Below are positions 34,085-35,053 of a stretch of 35,053 nucleotides of DNA, in pieces. The notes below the pieces were generated by a model. It saw nothing but the letters and a program-made list of their open reading frames with translations, made no database searches and was not told the origin of the DNA. The DNA lies in the IMG/VR virus record IMGVR_UViG_3300025018_000075, positions 1 to 35,053 of that record, one strand, 5' to 3'. Positions within the stretch are counted from its first letter, which is position 1. Each line of letters begins with the position of its first letter. Source of the stretch: a virus (lineage: Duplodnaviria > Caudoviricetes). A program made the position numbers and the translations under genes.

Positions 34085-35053
34085 TTAATCTGCTTTTTGA
34101 ACACCGATGACAGAACCATCGCTTCCGTAAGTCCAAAGATAAAACGATGTTGGCAAACAAAACCCTGGAAGGTCGGCCACGATAGCCTGCCATCCTGTTA
34201 GAGTTCCATTAAACCCAGCTTTAACTACATACGGGGCAGAACCAGCTCTTGCGTAAATACCATTTTCATTTACCTTTGTTTTAGCGGAATAAGGAGAGCC
34301 AGTAATCGTAATATCCGTTCCGTGAGTTAAAGTAGTCCCCGATAAAGTGTATGGTCTAAGCCCTGTTGCTGATTGGTCTGTAATCCAAAATTTCCCATCA
34401 CCATATCCAATAAAGAAATCCGCACTTACCAACGCCGTTCCTGAAATTGTAAGTTCTGCCCAGTTTAAAGCAGACGATATATCGCTTGATGTAGCACACC
34501 TAAATATTTTACCATTAGTCCCATCGCCCAAAAGAACATAGACGTATCCATCAACTGTCATCGCATAATGAATAACTGTCGCCGAAGCCCAGATGTCTGT
34601 CATTACTATTGTTTGAGCATTACCACCAAGATATTTTAAGAAATGTGTATATTGCGAGCCGACATTTATTTTTACATATTTTGTCGCTCCATTATCAGCA
34701 AAAGACATATTAGAAATATCGTCTGAATACACGAATACAAAATTAGTTGTATATCCGCCAATAAAGAAAGGCTCTGAAATACCACTCGGACCAGTCGGGC
34801 CAGTCGCTCCAGCCGCTCCTCCTGGTCCTGTGTAACCAGTAGGACCTGTCGCACCAGCAGCTCCGTTTGGCCCAGTATATCCTGTGGGGCCAGTTACATT
34901 AGAAGCCGCGCCATTGGGTCCAGTATAACCTGTATATCCAGTAGGACCTGTGGCCCCAACTGCTCCATTCGGACCTGTGTAACCAGTAAAACCAGTGTAG
35001 CCTGTCGGTCCTGTTACAGTAGAGGCTGCTCCATTCGGACCTGTGTAACCAGT
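34085..35053 (-). CDS. Collagen-like fibre protein, 3' part with C-terminal beta-rich head domain
   Basis: G-X-T repeats at ~34781-35053 run in frame into the 34085..34732 ORF. Confidence 0.88.
   Translation of the reverse strand, partial: TGYTGPNGAASTVTGPTGYTGFTGYTGPNGAVGATGPTGYTGYTGPNGAASNVTGPTGYTGPNGAAGATGPTGYTGPGGAAGATGPTGPSGISEPFFIGGYTTNFVFVYSDDISNMSFADNGATKYVKINVGSQYTHFLKYLGGNAQTIVMTDIWASATVIHYAMTVDGYVYVLLGDGTNGKIFRCATSSDISSALNWAELTISGTALVSADFFIGYGDGKFWITDQSATGLRPYTLSGTTLTHGTDITITGSPYSAKTKVNENGIYARAGSAPYVVKAGFNGTLTGWQAIVADLPGFCLPTSFYLWTYGSDGSVIGVQKAD
34927..35053. repeat. Terminal overlap, copy 2
   Basis: Identical to 1-127. Confidence 0.95.

Noticed and set aside
2848-34854. Short antisense or alternate-frame ORFs in the track (e.g. 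2848, 4031, 4273, 5483, 8952, 9992, 10140, 11827, 13400, 14649, 15657, 15725, 17257, 17870, 19116, 19742, 20853, 21432, 22313, 25497, 30402, 32230, 33496, 34347, 34672)
   Set aside because: They are shadows of well-supported genes, with no motifs or typical start context.
34927-35053. Physical direct terminal repeat
   Set aside because: Exactly 127 nt and inside a repetitive coding region, so better explained as k-mer overlap; the collagen repeat number may also be collapsed.
1-35053. UGA or UAG recoding
   Set aside because: Long genes are uninterrupted in code 11, TGA forms ATGA stop-start overlaps (3942, 6318, 13643) and TAG ends terL, terS and the 8359 gene.

Overview
The window looks like a near-complete ~34.9 kb circular(ly permuted) tailed-phage genome with a podovirus-like gene set. 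Bases 1-127 are repeated exactly at 34927-35053, most likely an assembler overlap. A divergent control region at about 12325-12917 drives two arms. The leftward morphogenesis arm runs terS, terL, portal, scaffold, N4-gp56-type capsid, an embedded sugar-modification cluster, an HNH gene, the adaptor, a Gly-X-Thr collagen-like fibre across the contig join, small membrane proteins, a papain-like peptidase, tail proteins and two large ejection-type proteins. The rightward arm holds a replication initiator with internal iterons, Zn-ribbon ORFs, YopX, SSB, NinG, an exonuclease, HNH genes, a split GT2-TPR-GT2 gene and an aberrant tRNA. A third short leftward operon lies at 22122-23914. I found no integrase, DNA polymerase, helicase or tape measure gene. 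Canonical sigma70 promoters, no Shine-Dalgarno motifs and promoter-adjacent DnaA boxes suggest a Patescibacteria/CPR-like host (inference). The most interesting candidates are: (1) an ejection-type protein carrying a RelA/SpoT-family synthetase domain and a SAM-lyase-like domain, followed by a small acidic immunity-like gene; (2) a putative virion-glycosylation system; (3) a glycosyltransferase gene split by an intron-less HNH cassette with its own promoter; (4) a tRNA with a truncated anticodon arm and a tRNA-like minihelix; (5) long G-U-containing leader RNA structures behind DnaA-box promoters. All family calls come from reading motifs by eye; no searches were run.
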